Part shown: positions 8,421-17,352 of the stretch, in pieces
Layout: each line of letters opens with the position of its first letter
Numbering within the stretch: position 1 is the stretch's first letter
Assembly: GCA_963783315.1 (NCBI GenBank)
Contig: CAWAMZ010000018.1
Location: 12,107 to 76,106, forward strand
DNA from: an uncultured Bacteroidales bacterium
GTDB lineage: Bacteria; Bacteroidota; Bacteroidia; Bacteroidales; DASQZP01
DNA length: 64,000 nucleotides
Direction: 5' to 3'
Program-made: the position numbers and the translations under genes
Notes under the pieces: generated by a model
What the model was told of the DNA's origin: nothing
What the model saw: the letters and a program-made list of their open reading frames with translations, nothing else
Databases searched by the model: none

Positions 8421-9767
8421 TTAAGGTTTTTTTCCTCCCAATGTGTTAAATATTCTTGAACCAACCAGTCGGTCGTAACGATCGAAGGGGGATCGGTAGT
8501 AAATATAGAATAAATAATCATTTTCAGTTTCAAAATGGGAGCCTTCTATCCAGGTAAGGTCAGGAATTTTATCGTTCTGTTTTACAAATGCATACTGATA
8601 ATCATAATACCCCTGCTTAAGTATAAGATCCAGTTCATAGGCTTTATCTTCGAAGTTATAGATAAGTTTATTATATGGATTGCATTCCCAATTGGTTAAT
8701 GCGCCGTATAAATAAATATCTCCATCTGCTTCAGGGACATTATCCTGAAGTGTAAAATGAACAATTACATAATCCGCATCCACTTTATTTTCATTACCAA
8801 GTCTGTTTTTAATTAAATATTTGCCATTCAGATCCTCCTGATAGGAATATCGATCTTTGTACCTTGGTTTGTCAGGATGCAGGATAAAATGGTAATATGG
8901 ACTAAGATATCTGATGGCTGCCACACGTTCCGACTGGTATTTCACACTTGAGATATCCAGTATCCTGTATTCGTTTCCTCCGGGAAAAACATTGTTATCC
9001 ATATCACCATAATCCAGAATTTTACCTCGCACCATTGATGGTTGCTGGAACAAACGGGCATGATTCCAGTCATTATTCTGAACAACAAGAACTGATACAT
9101 CCTGCTGAGGATTTTGCACATCCAGCATATTAAGATTAACAGAAAAATTGATTTGCTGGGAAGAATTAAACAGGTTTACATTGACAGGCCTAACCAACTG
9201 TGGATTTACCATCACTGCATTTTCTGAAACACAGAAGCGCCTGGTAAGCACCGGATTCTGGCGGTCATTGTCCTGGTATACATACACGATATAGTTTCCC
9301 GATACATTAAACTTCACCTGATCGCTGGGAAAAGTTACCTCATAATGCACATATTGCTGATAAGTATTAAATGATCTCTTATAATCATTAACAGGATTTT
9401 CTTCAAATCCGGTAATATACTCAGAAGGGATCAATGCACTTTGTTGCCAGTTTGCATCACAATGAATAAAAGTGTAGCTGTAATTCCCCAGGTCATTCCC
9501 GAGCCGGTCAAAACTCAGTAATAATTGTTCGCCGCTGTTCAAATTGATAACCGGATAAGACATCTCCCACCCTTTACGAAAAAGCTTGACTGTTTGAATA
9601 TTCTCCTTGTAAACCTGGTCATATATAAGGCTGTCTGCCTGCATCTTTCTGTAACCCGAAGTTTCCGGATAAACATCATTTGCTATAAAGAATACAGAAA
9701 TTACAATTAAACATAGCTTTGCAATTGCTCCTGAAACATCAGTTGACGATTTTCTGTAGATATTCAT
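8421..9767 (-). CDS. secreted beta-rich protein, tentatively DUF5103 / T9SS plug-like family
   Basis: The 448-aa ORF is clearly coding, with an N-terminal signal/anchor and Y/N/D-rich beta-type composition. The family assignment rests only on recalled size and N-terminal similarity to Bacteroidetes DUF5103 proteins. Confidence 0.4.
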   Translation of the reverse strand: MNIYRKSSTDVSGAIAKLCLIVISVFFIANDVYPETSGYRKMQADSLIYDQVYKENIQTVKLFRKGWEMSYPVINLNSGEQLLLSFDRLGNDLGNYSYTFIHCDANWQQSALIPSEYITGFEENPVNDYKRSFNTYQQYVHYEVTFPSDQVKFNVSGNYIVYVYQDNDRQNPVLTRRFCVSENAVMVNPQLVRPVNVNLFNSSQQINFSVNLNMLDVQNPQQDVSVLVVQNNDWNHARLFQQPSMVRGKILDYGDMDNNVFPGGNEYRILDISSVKYQSERVAAIRYLSPYYHFILHPDKPRYKDRYSYQEDLNGKYLIKNRLGNENKVDADYVIVHFTLQDNVPEADGDIYLYGALTNWECNPYNKLIYNFEDKAYELDLILKQGYYDYQYAFVKQNDKIPDLTWIEGSHFETENDYLFYIYYRSPFDRYDRLVGSRIFNTLGGKKP

Positions 9768-9910
9768 ATATGAAATTATATAACAGGGGTTTTTAATTAA
9801 ATTTATTTCTGTATGATCTGCATCATCTTGAAATTTCTGCCGAATGGGAACATGCTTAATTTATAAAAACAAGATCCGCAGGTAAACTATATACAACTGT
9901 AAAGTTTCAC

Positions 9911-9960
9911 CATCTGCAATAATTATGCATTAATTCATCTGCAATAATTATGCATTAATT
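9911..9960. repeat. perfect 25-bp tandem duplication (CATCTGCAATAATTATGCATTAATT x2)
   Basis: Read directly: 9911-9935 is identical to 9936-9960. It sits in the 509-bp AT-rich region upstream of nqrA. Confidence 0.95.
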
Positions 9961-10236
9961 GTTGAAAAGTTCATGGAATAAGGCATGTAAATTATTCTGA
10001 AATACACAATTTGTCTGATTGATTGGTTCTTAATCATATTTTCAGAATTCAGTTTATTTATCATCTATTTAAACAGCAACAAATTCCCTTTCAAAATTAA
10101 ACATTAACGAACAGATAACGTATTCTTTTTCTGAAAAAAGAAAAATATTGAACAATGGACATATTAAAAAATATGAATTATTATATTTGATGTTATTTTA
10201 AAAACAACATTGAATTGGTATATATTAAAAAATGGC

Positions 10237-10244
10237 TATTTTTG
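10237..10244 (+). promoter_or_regulatory. candidate -7 promoter box (TATTTTTG) for the nqr operon
   Basis: Matches TAnnTTTG 33 nt upstream of the nqrA ATG. A second match (TATATTTG) lies at 10182-10189. Confidence 0.35.
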
Positions 10245-10276
10245 CCAGATAAAATTTTAAAACCCAAAATTTTAAG

Positions 10277-11629
10277 ATGTCAAACGTTATAAAGATCAGG
10301 AAAGGCCTGGATATCAAGCTGAAGGGGAAAGCTGAAAAAATATTCTCAAAGGCCGACATGTCAGCGAGGTATGCATTAAAGCCCACCGACTTTCAGGGGT
10401 TAACTCCCAAATTAAAGGTTAAAATTGATGACAGGGTCAAAGCTGGTAGTCCATTGTTTTTTGACAAATACAACCCCGATGTTCAGTTTACATCCCCGGT
10501 AAGCGGAACAGTTGTTGAGATAAACCGGGGAGAACGCCGGAGAATTGAGGAGGTTGTTATTCAGTCTGATTCCGAAATTGAGTACGAAGATTTTGGAAAA
10601 GCAGAACCGAAAGAACTAAGCAAGGAAGACATTACAGCAAAACTTTTACAGAGCGGACTTTGGCCGTTCATCAGGCAGCGTCCTTATTCAATTATTGCTA
10701 ATCCGAAGGATACACCTAAATCAATTTTTATATCCGCATTTGATACTGCACCTCTTGCTCCCGATTATGATTTCATGGTAAAAGATCAGGACAAGGAATT
10801 CCAGGCAGGAATTGATGTGCTGTCAAAACTTACCAGTGGCAAAATCCACTTGAATGTAAATGCTGAATACCCACCTTCTCCGGTATTTGCAAAGGCAAAA
10901 GGTGTTCAGATTAACCAGTTTCGGGGACCGCATCCGGCTGGTAATGTTGGAATACAGATCCATCATATCGAACCCCTAATTAAGGGAAACCTGGTTTGGT
11001 ATGTGAATCCTCAGGATGTAATTACCATAGGCCGGTTATTTATAAAAGGGATCTATGATGCTTCAAAAATCGTAGCCCTTGCAGGTTCTGAAGTTATCAA
11101 GCCAAAGTATTACAAGTTAATTGCCGGTTCAAGTATAGAAGGCATTGTAAAAGATAACGTAAACGCTGGTGATCTGCGCTATATCAGTGGAAATGTGCTT
11201 ACCGGAACAAAAATACTTCCTTCGGGGTACCTTGGTTTTTATGATGCCAATGTAACTGTCATTCCTGAAGGTAACCATTTTGAGTTTGTTGGCTGGGCAA
11301 AGCCGGGTTTAGGAAAATTCAGTATGTCACGGTCCTACTTTTCATGGCTCACCCCAAACCGGGAATACAAGTTGGATACCAATATGAATGGCGGCAAACG
11401 TGCCTATGTGATGACAGGTGAATACAACAAGGTCCTCCCCATGAACATCTTCCCTGTTCAGCTCATCAAGTCCATTTTGGTTGATGATATTGATATGATG
11501 GAAAAACTTGGTATTTATGAAGTTTCTGAAGAGGATTTTGCACTTTGTGAATTTGTCTGTACTTCAAAAACCGAGGTACAGGCCATCATCCGCAGAGGAC
11601 TTGATCTGATGCGTAAAGAGATGAGTTAG
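10277..11629 (+). CDS. nqrA: Na+-translocating NADH:quinone oxidoreductase subunit A
   Basis: 450-aa soluble-type protein with an NqrA-like N-terminus (IKIRKGLDIKLKGKA). It is the first gene of a six-gene nqr cluster in canonical order. Confidence 0.9.
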   Translation: MSNVIKIRKGLDIKLKGKAEKIFSKADMSARYALKPTDFQGLTPKLKVKIDDRVKAGSPLFFDKYNPDVQFTSPVSGTVVEINRGERRRIEEVVIQSDSEIEYEDFGKAEPKELSKEDITAKLLQSGLWPFIRQRPYSIIANPKDTPKSIFISAFDTAPLAPDYDFMVKDQDKEFQAGIDVLSKLTSGKIHLNVNAEYPPSPVFAKAKGVQINQFRGPHPAGNVGIQIHHIEPLIKGNLVWYVNPQDVITIGRLFIKGIYDASKIVALAGSEVIKPKYYKLIAGSSIEGIVKDNVNAGDLRYISGNVLTGTKILPSGYLGFYDANVTVIPEGNHFEFVGWAKPGLGKFSMSRSYFSWLTPNREYKLDTNMNGGKRAYVMTGEYNKVLPMNIFPVQLIKSILVDDIDMMEKLGIYEVSEEDFALCEFVCTSKTEVQAIIRRGLDLMRKEMS

Positions 11630-11692
11630 TAGTATGACTTATATCTATTCAAGAGTAAAACGAAATAAAAACATACAGTTAATTCTCAATAA

Positions 11693-12853
11693 ATGAAATC
11701 ATTACGAAGTTATATCGACAAAATCAAGCCTAATTTTCAGAAGGGCGGGAAGTTCGAGAAACTGGAAGCAACATTCGAGGCATTTGAAACATTCCTTTTC
11801 GTACCTGATCAGGTAACCAGGCAGGGAGCTCATATTCGTGACAGTATAGACATGAAAAGAACAATGAGTGTGGTTGTACTGGCTCTGGTACCAGCGTTGC
11901 TGTTTGGAATGTGGAATGTTGGAAACCAGTATTATCAGTCAATTGGAGAAACAGTGCCCTTTTTTCAGGTTTTCTGGTTTGGCTTCCTCAAAGTATTACC
12001 GATTATAATAGTCACTTATGTGACAGGGCTGGCTATTGAGTTTATTTTTGCTCAAATACGCGGGCATGAGGTTAATGAAGGTTTTCTGGTAACAGGAATG
12101 CTGATTCCTCTTATTTTACCTGTAAACATTCCACTCTGGATGGTAGCAGTTGCAACTGCATTTGCCGTCATCATAGGGAAAGAGGTATTTGGCGGTACCG
12201 GAATGAACATCCTGAATCCCGCTCTTACGGCAAGGGCATTTTTGTTTTTTGCCTATCCCGGTGACATGTCGGGTGATCAGGTCTGGATCTATGGTTTGAA
12301 GCATTCCCAACATCTTGTTGATGGCTTTTCAGGCGCTACGCCACTGGCAAATGCAGCCCTGGGTAATGTTGATAAATTACCATCCGCTTCAGATATGTTT
12401 TTTGGATTTATCCCCGGTTCAATCGGGGAAACCTCAACGCTTGCCATCCTTATAGGTGCCGCTATACTGCTATATACCGGTATTGGCGGCTGGAAAATAA
12501 TGCTCTCTACCTTTATCGGTGGGGCTGTGATGGGAATTATCCTGAATATTTTCGCTGTTAACCCGTTTATGGCAATTCCCTGGTGGCAGCAACTTTTGCT
12601 TGGTGGCTTTGCTTTTGGTGCTGTTTTCATGGCAACTGATCCGGTTACTGCAGCACAAACAGAAAGAGGAAAATGGATTTACGGTTTCCTTACCGGGATT
12701 CTGGCTATTCTTATCAGGGTGCTGAACCCTGCTTACCCTGAAGGAGTGATGCTTGCCATCCTGCTTATGAATGTATTCGCCCCGCTTATCGATCATTATG
12801 TGGTTGAAGCGAACGTAAAAAGAAGAATGAGAAGAGCAAAAGTTAACGCTTAA
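11693..12853 (+). CDS. nqrB: Na+-NQR subunit B
   Basis: Polytopic 386-aa protein with the covalent-FMN threonine context (DGFSGATPLA), in position 2 of the operon. Confidence 0.9.
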   Translation: MKSLRSYIDKIKPNFQKGGKFEKLEATFEAFETFLFVPDQVTRQGAHIRDSIDMKRTMSVVVLALVPALLFGMWNVGNQYYQSIGETVPFFQVFWFGFLKVLPIIIVTYVTGLAIEFIFAQIRGHEVNEGFLVTGMLIPLILPVNIPLWMVAVATAFAVIIGKEVFGGTGMNILNPALTARAFLFFAYPGDMSGDQVWIYGLKHSQHLVDGFSGATPLANAALGNVDKLPSASDMFFGFIPGSIGETSTLAILIGAAILLYTGIGGWKIMLSTFIGGAVMGIILNIFAVNPFMAIPWWQQLLLGGFAFGAVFMATDPVTAAQTERGKWIYGFLTGILAILIRVLNPAYPEGVMLAILLMNVFAPLIDHYVVEANVKRRMRRAKVNA

Positions 12854-12869
12854 AAAAATAATTTCTACA

Positions 12870-13574
12870 ATGAAGCAGTACAGTAATACATATATTTTCG
12901 CATTTGCCGCTATTATGGTGTTGATAGTTGCCGCTGTTTTATCATTTGCTGCTATTAAGCTAAAGCCATATCAGGATAAAAATGTCGAAATTGAAAAGAA
13001 AAGAAACATACTGGCTTCCCTGAATATTGAGGCCACAGCCCAGGATGCAGAAGCAAAGTATGCCAAATACATCACAGACAGCTATGTTGTTGATTCAAAA
13101 GGCGATAAAAAGCCCGGAGTGGATGCCTTTAAAGTGAACCTGAAGGAAGAACTTTCAAAACCGCTGGATAAAAGAAACCTGCCGGTTTATGTAGGAACAA
13201 CTGATGATGGCAGTAAACATTATGTTATTCCCGTTCGCGGGAAAGGACTTTGGGGGCCCATATGGGGTTATGTCTCTCTGAATGATGATTTCACAACAGT
13301 ATATGGCACCACTTACAGCCATCAGGGTGAAACACCAGGTTTGGGAGCCGAAATAGCCACCAGGGCTTTTCAGATTCAGTTTAAGGGTAAAAAAATATTC
13401 GATAAAAACGGCCAGTTTACATCAATTGATGTGGTCAAAGGCGGGGCTCCACCGGATAATCCGCATGCTGTCGATGCCATCTCGGGAGGTACCATCACCA
13501 GTCATGGTGTACAAAACATGCTATATGACATACTGGTGACCTATAAACCATTTTTTGAAAAACATAAAAAATAA
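12870..13574 (+). CDS. nqrC: Na+-NQR subunit C
   Basis: Single N-terminal TM plus a periplasmic FMN-binding domain with the flavinylation motif (DAISGGTITS). Confidence 0.9.
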   Translation: MKQYSNTYIFAFAAIMVLIVAAVLSFAAIKLKPYQDKNVEIEKKRNILASLNIEATAQDAEAKYAKYITDSYVVDSKGDKKPGVDAFKVNLKEELSKPLDKRNLPVYVGTTDDGSKHYVIPVRGKGLWGPIWGYVSLNDDFTTVYGTTYSHQGETPGLGAEIATRAFQIQFKGKKIFDKNGQFTSIDVVKGGAPPDNPHAVDAISGGTITSHGVQNMLYDILVTYKPFFEKHKK

Positions 13575-13580
13575 TCAGAT

Positions 13581-14234
13581 ATGGATAAGAAAGAGAAAGA
13601 ACCGTTGTTCTCAGCCAAAAACCTGAAATTACTGCAGGAGCCGCTGAATAAGAGCAATCCTATTACCGTGCAGGTACTGGGTATCTGTTCAGCCCTGGCC
13701 ATCACAGTTAAACTTGAACCCGCTATTGTTATGGCCGTTTCAGTTATGGCTGTGGTTGCACTGTCGAATGTGGTGATCTCATTTATGAGAAACATTATTC
13801 CTCCACGGATCAGAATTATTGTGCAGCTGACTGTTATTGCCGCGCTGGTAATCCTGGTTGATGAAACACTGAAAGCTTTTGCATACGAAGTAAGTAAACA
13901 GCTTTCGGTATTCGTTGGTCTGATCATTACCAACTGTATCATTATGGGTCGTCTGGAAGCTTTTGCCATGGGAAATAAACCCTGGCCTTCATTTCTGGAT
14001 GGTATCGGTAATGCGGCAGGTTACGGAATTATCCTGATTATTGTGGCCTTTTTCAGGGAACTGCTGGGAAGCGGTACACTGTTTGGCTTTCCGGTACTTG
14101 AAAAAATCGGTTTATACAAATTCGGATACCAGAACAACGGCCTGATGATCCTGCCCCCTATGGCTCTTATTACCGTAGGCATTATCATCTGGATACAAAG
14201 AAGTAAGAACAAAGAACTTATTGAAGAAAACTAA
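13581..14234 (+). CDS. nqrD: Na+-NQR subunit D
   Basis: 217-aa six-TM NqrD/RnfE-type protein in the canonical operon position. Confidence 0.9.
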   Translation: MDKKEKEPLFSAKNLKLLQEPLNKSNPITVQVLGICSALAITVKLEPAIVMAVSVMAVVALSNVVISFMRNIIPPRIRIIVQLTVIAALVILVDETLKAFAYEVSKQLSVFVGLIITNCIIMGRLEAFAMGNKPWPSFLDGIGNAAGYGIILIIVAFFRELLGSGTLFGFPVLEKIGLYKFGYQNNGLMILPPMALITVGIIIWIQRSKNKELIEEN

Positions 14235-14248
14235 AAATATTTTCAACA

Positions 14249-14866
14249 ATGGAACATTTAATTAATATTTTCATCAGGTCAGTTTTCATTGATAACATGA
14301 TTTTTGCATACTTTCTGGGTATGTGTTCATACCTGGCAGTATCAAAAACGGTTAAAACATCAACCGGCCTGGGTATCGCAGTTATTTTTGTACTGGGCTT
14401 TACAGTCCCGGTGAATTATCTGCTCGAAAATTATGTGCTTAAGGAAGGAGCTTTAAGCTGGATTAGTCCTTCTCTGGCCTCAGTAGATTTAAGTTTTCTC
14501 AGTTTTATCATGTTCATTGCCGTCATTGCAAGCATGGTTCAGCTGGTTGAAATGATCATTGAAAAATTTTCACCTACCCTGTACTCATCATTGGGTATCT
14601 TCCTTCCGCTTATCGCAGTAAACTGCGCCATTTTGGGTGGTTCACTTTTTATGCAGGAAAGAGAATATGCCAATATCGCCGAAGCAACATCTTTCGGACT
14701 GGGTTCAGGGGTTGGCTGGTTCCTGGCAATTGTTAGTATTGCTGCTATTCGTGAGAAGATCAGATATTCAAATGTCCCTGCACCATTGCGCGGTTTAGGT
14801 ATTACTTTTATTATTACAGGACTAATGGGTATCGCCTTTATGAGTTTCATGGGAATTAAGCTGTAG
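14249..14866 (+). CDS. nqrE: Na+-NQR subunit E
   Basis: 205-aa six-TM NqrE/RnfA-type protein in the canonical operon position. Confidence 0.9.
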   Translation: MEHLINIFIRSVFIDNMIFAYFLGMCSYLAVSKTVKTSTGLGIAVIFVLGFTVPVNYLLENYVLKEGALSWISPSLASVDLSFLSFIMFIAVIASMVQLVEMIIEKFSPTLYSSLGIFLPLIAVNCAILGGSLFMQEREYANIAEATSFGLGSGVGWFLAIVSIAAIREKIRYSNVPAPLRGLGITFIITGLMGIAFMSFMGIKL

Positions 14867-14939
14867 TAAGGGCCACATGCTTTTACTAAAAATTCTGAAA
14901 ATAAAATGATTAAATAATTTTTGCAAATACTAAACAAAG

Positions 14940-16190
14940 ATGATTTTACTAGCATCTACCATCACCATAATCACGATCAGCATGGCTGTGTTCCTGACAA
15001 TTATTTTGTTGCTCGTAGCCATTTTGCTGTATGCCAAAGCGAAGCTGTCTCCTTCAGGAAAGGTCAAGCTTCAGGTAAATGATAAAGAATTTGAAGTATC
15101 ACCGGGGTCTACAATCCTGAGCACTCTGTCAAATCAGAGTGTATACCTTCCATCGGCATGTGGCGGTGGTGGTACCTGTGGGATGTGTAAATGCCAGGTG
15201 TTTGAAGGAGGAGGAAGCATACTGCCTACAGAGACAGGCTTCTTCAGCCGTAAGGAACAACAACAGAACTGGCGGCTTGGCTGCCAGGTTAAAATTAGAG
15301 AAGACATGAGAATCAAAGTACCCGAAGAGGTAATGGGAATCAAGAAATGGGAATGCACTGTTGTCTCTAACAAGAATGTTGCCACCTTTATCAAGGAGTT
15401 TGTTGTTAAACTCCCCGAAGGTGAAACTCTTGATTTCCGTTCTGGTGGATATATTCAGATTGATGTACCAAAAATTGAAGTCGAGTTTAAGGATGTTGTG
15501 GTTGAAGACAGGTTCCGTGATGAATGGGATAAATTCAATATGTGGGATCTGAAAATGAAAAATTCCGAAGAAACTTTCAGGGCTTATTCAATGGCTAATC
15601 ATCCTGCTGAAGGTAACATCGTGATGCTGAATATACGTATTGCCACTCCACCCTGGGACCGTGCAAAAGGACAGTTTATGAAAGTGAATCCGGGAATTTG
15701 TTCTTCTTACATCTTCTCCCGCAAACCCGGTGATAAAGTTACCCTGTCGGGACCTTATGGTGAATTTTTCATTAAAGAGACTGACCGCGAGATGCTCTAT
15801 ATCGGCGGAGGAGCCGGAATGGCACCATTGCGTTCTCATTTATTCCATCTCTTTCACACGCTCAAAACCGACAGAAAAGTATCTTACTGGTATGGAGCCA
15901 GATCAAAACGCGAGATCTTTTATGAAAAAGAATTCCGGGAAATTGAAAAACAATTCCCGAATTTCAAATTCAACATTGCGCTTTCCGAACCCAAAAAAGA
16001 AGATAACTGGGATGGGTACACCGGTTTCATACACCAGGTGATCTACGAAAATTATCTGAGTAAGATAGATGAACCAGAGGAAATTGAATATTACCTGTGT
16101 GGCCCTCCCATGATGAATGATGCCGTACAAAAGATGTTGTATGACCTTGGAGTTCCTGACGAAATGGTTGACTATGACGATTTTGGCTGA
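14940..16190 (+). CDS. nqrF: Na+-NQR subunit F
   Basis: N-terminal TM helix, 2Fe-2S ferredoxin cysteines ([12 protein letters not shown] ... C), and FAD/NADH-binding motifs ([15 protein letters not shown]). Confidence 0.95.
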   Translation: MILLASTITIITISMAVFLTIILLLVAILLYAKAKLSPSGKVKLQVNDKEFEVSPGSTILSTLSNQSVYLPSACGGGGTCGMCKCQVFEGGGSILPTETGFFSRKEQQQNWRLGCQVKIREDMRIKVPEEVMGIKKWECTVVSNKNVATFIKEFVVKLPEGETLDFRSGGYIQIDVPKIEVEFKDVVVEDRFRDEWDKFNMWDLKMKNSEETFRAYSMANHPAEGNIVMLNIRIATPPWDRAKGQFMKVNPGICSSYIFSRKPGDKVTLSGPYGEFFIKETDREMLYIGGGAGMAPLRSHLFHLFHTLKTDRKVSYWYGARSKREIFYEKEFREIEKQFPNFKFNIALSEPKKEDNWDGYTGFIHQVIYENYLSKIDEPEEIEYYLCGPPMMNDAVQKMLYDLGVPDEMVDYDDFG

Positions 16191-16204
16191 TATATTACAC
16201 CCTG

Positions 16205-16236
16205 CAGCCTCTCTTTAAGGGAGGCTGTTTTCTTTT
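16205..16236 (+). terminator. rho-independent terminator-like hairpin after nqrF
   Basis: CAGCCTCTC / GGGAGGCTG stem (9 bp including one G-U), 5-nt loop, followed by TTTTCTTTT. Confidence 0.6.
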
Positions 16237-16261
16237 CAGAACCTTAACCTTTCTTTGAACC

Positions 16262-17281
16262 ATGACCAAAAAAATCACTTTTCCCTTGTTACTGGCAGCA
16301 GCCGTTCTGATCATCCTCTCATGCCAGCATTCAAAAAAGTATGAATACACCATGATCGCCGGCTTTACCCAGGGAACCACCTATCACATCACCTATGAAA
16401 ATTCTGTACGCAGAGATCTTAAAGATGATGTTGATTCAATCCTTCATGACTTTGACCTTTCCCTGTCAACATACATTCCCGGGTCAATAATATCCAAAGT
16501 AAATGAAAACAAAGACGTTGAATTAGATCATTATTTTAAGGAAGTATATGAACATGGCCGTAAAGTCTGGGAGAAAAGCAACGGTAAGTTTGACATGACC
16601 ATCGCTCCGATTGTAAATGCCTGGGGGTTTGGATTTACAAAAAAATCAAATATTGATTCGGCATTGATAGACAGTTTGCTCCGGTTTGTGGGCATGGACA
16701 AGGTGAAAATCGTAAAAAACCACATTGTAAAATCAGCTCCAGGAGTGATGCTTGATGCCAATGCAATTGCACAGGGTTATTCGGTAGATGTGGTTTCTGA
16801 CTATTTTGAAAAGCTGGGTATAAAAAATTATCTGGTAGAAATAGGCGGAGAAGTAAGGGCCAAAGGAAAAAACGAGAAGGGAGTCTACTGGCGCATTGGT
16901 ATTGACAAACCTATTGAAGGAAATTACGAGCCCGGAAAAAATCTGCAGGCAATAATGCAGTTAAAAAACAAATCACTTGCTACATCAGGCAATTACCGTA
17001 AATTTTATGAAGAGAATGGTATCAAATATGCACATTCAATCGACCCAAACACGGGTTATCCTTCACGGGACAGTTTGCTTAGCGTCACTGTTATAGCAAA
17101 AAACTGCATAGATGCTGATGCCTGGGCAACAGCATTTATGGTTTCCGGCCTGCATAAATCTATTCAACTGATCAATACACTGGATGACCTGGAAGGCTAT
17201 TTTATTTACAGCGACAAGAAAGGTAAATTCCGGGTATGGCAAACCAAAGGAATTAAAGATATCCTGCTTGAAGAAGAATAA
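16262..17281 (+). CDS. apbE: FAD:protein FMN transferase (ApbE family)
   Basis: Lipoprotein-like signal (AAAVLIILSCQ) and ApbE-family length and motifs (AQGYSVD, SGNYRKF, HSIDPNTGYP). It sits immediately downstream of nqrF, the usual position for the flavin transferase that modifies NqrB/NqrC. Confidence 0.85.
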   Translation: MTKKITFPLLLAAAVLIILSCQHSKKYEYTMIAGFTQGTTYHITYENSVRRDLKDDVDSILHDFDLSLSTYIPGSIISKVNENKDVELDHYFKEVYEHGRKVWEKSNGKFDMTIAPIVNAWGFGFTKKSNIDSALIDSLLRFVGMDKVKIVKNHIVKSAPGVMLDANAIAQGYSVDVVSDYFEKLGIKNYLVEIGGEVRAKGKNEKGVYWRIGIDKPIEGNYEPGKNLQAIMQLKNKSLATSGNYRKFYEENGIKYAHSIDPNTGYPSRDSLLSVTVIAKNCIDADAWATAFMVSGLHKSIQLINTLDDLEGYFIYSDKKGKFRVWQTKGIKDILLEEE

Positions 17282-17287
17282 ATCGGA

Positions 17288-17329
17288 AATACCTGCAAAA
17301 CCATTGAATTTTCTGGTATTGCAGGTATT
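17288..17329. terminator. hairpin between convergent apbE and the FtsX-permease gene
   Basis: 11-bp perfect inverted repeat AATACCTGCAA / TTGCAGGTATT with a 20-nt loop. There is no strong U-tract on either strand. Confidence 0.4.
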
Positions 17330-17352
17330 ACTTTACTGGTAAACATCAAACA

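Noticed and set aside
13541-13969. A 142-aa ORF antisense to nqrD. Similar long antisense or alternate-frame ORFs lie inside recognised genes (for example 1608..2192 in lysA, 12289..12630 and 12470..12796 in nqrB, 14539..14955 in nqrE, 15730..16041 in nqrF, 33570..33914 in ettA, 37907..38257 in queD).
   Set aside because: Each lies entirely within a gene whose product carries unambiguous family motifs. Their translations are low-complexity or Cys/Ser/Pro-skewed with no recognisable motif. They are typical shadow ORFs.
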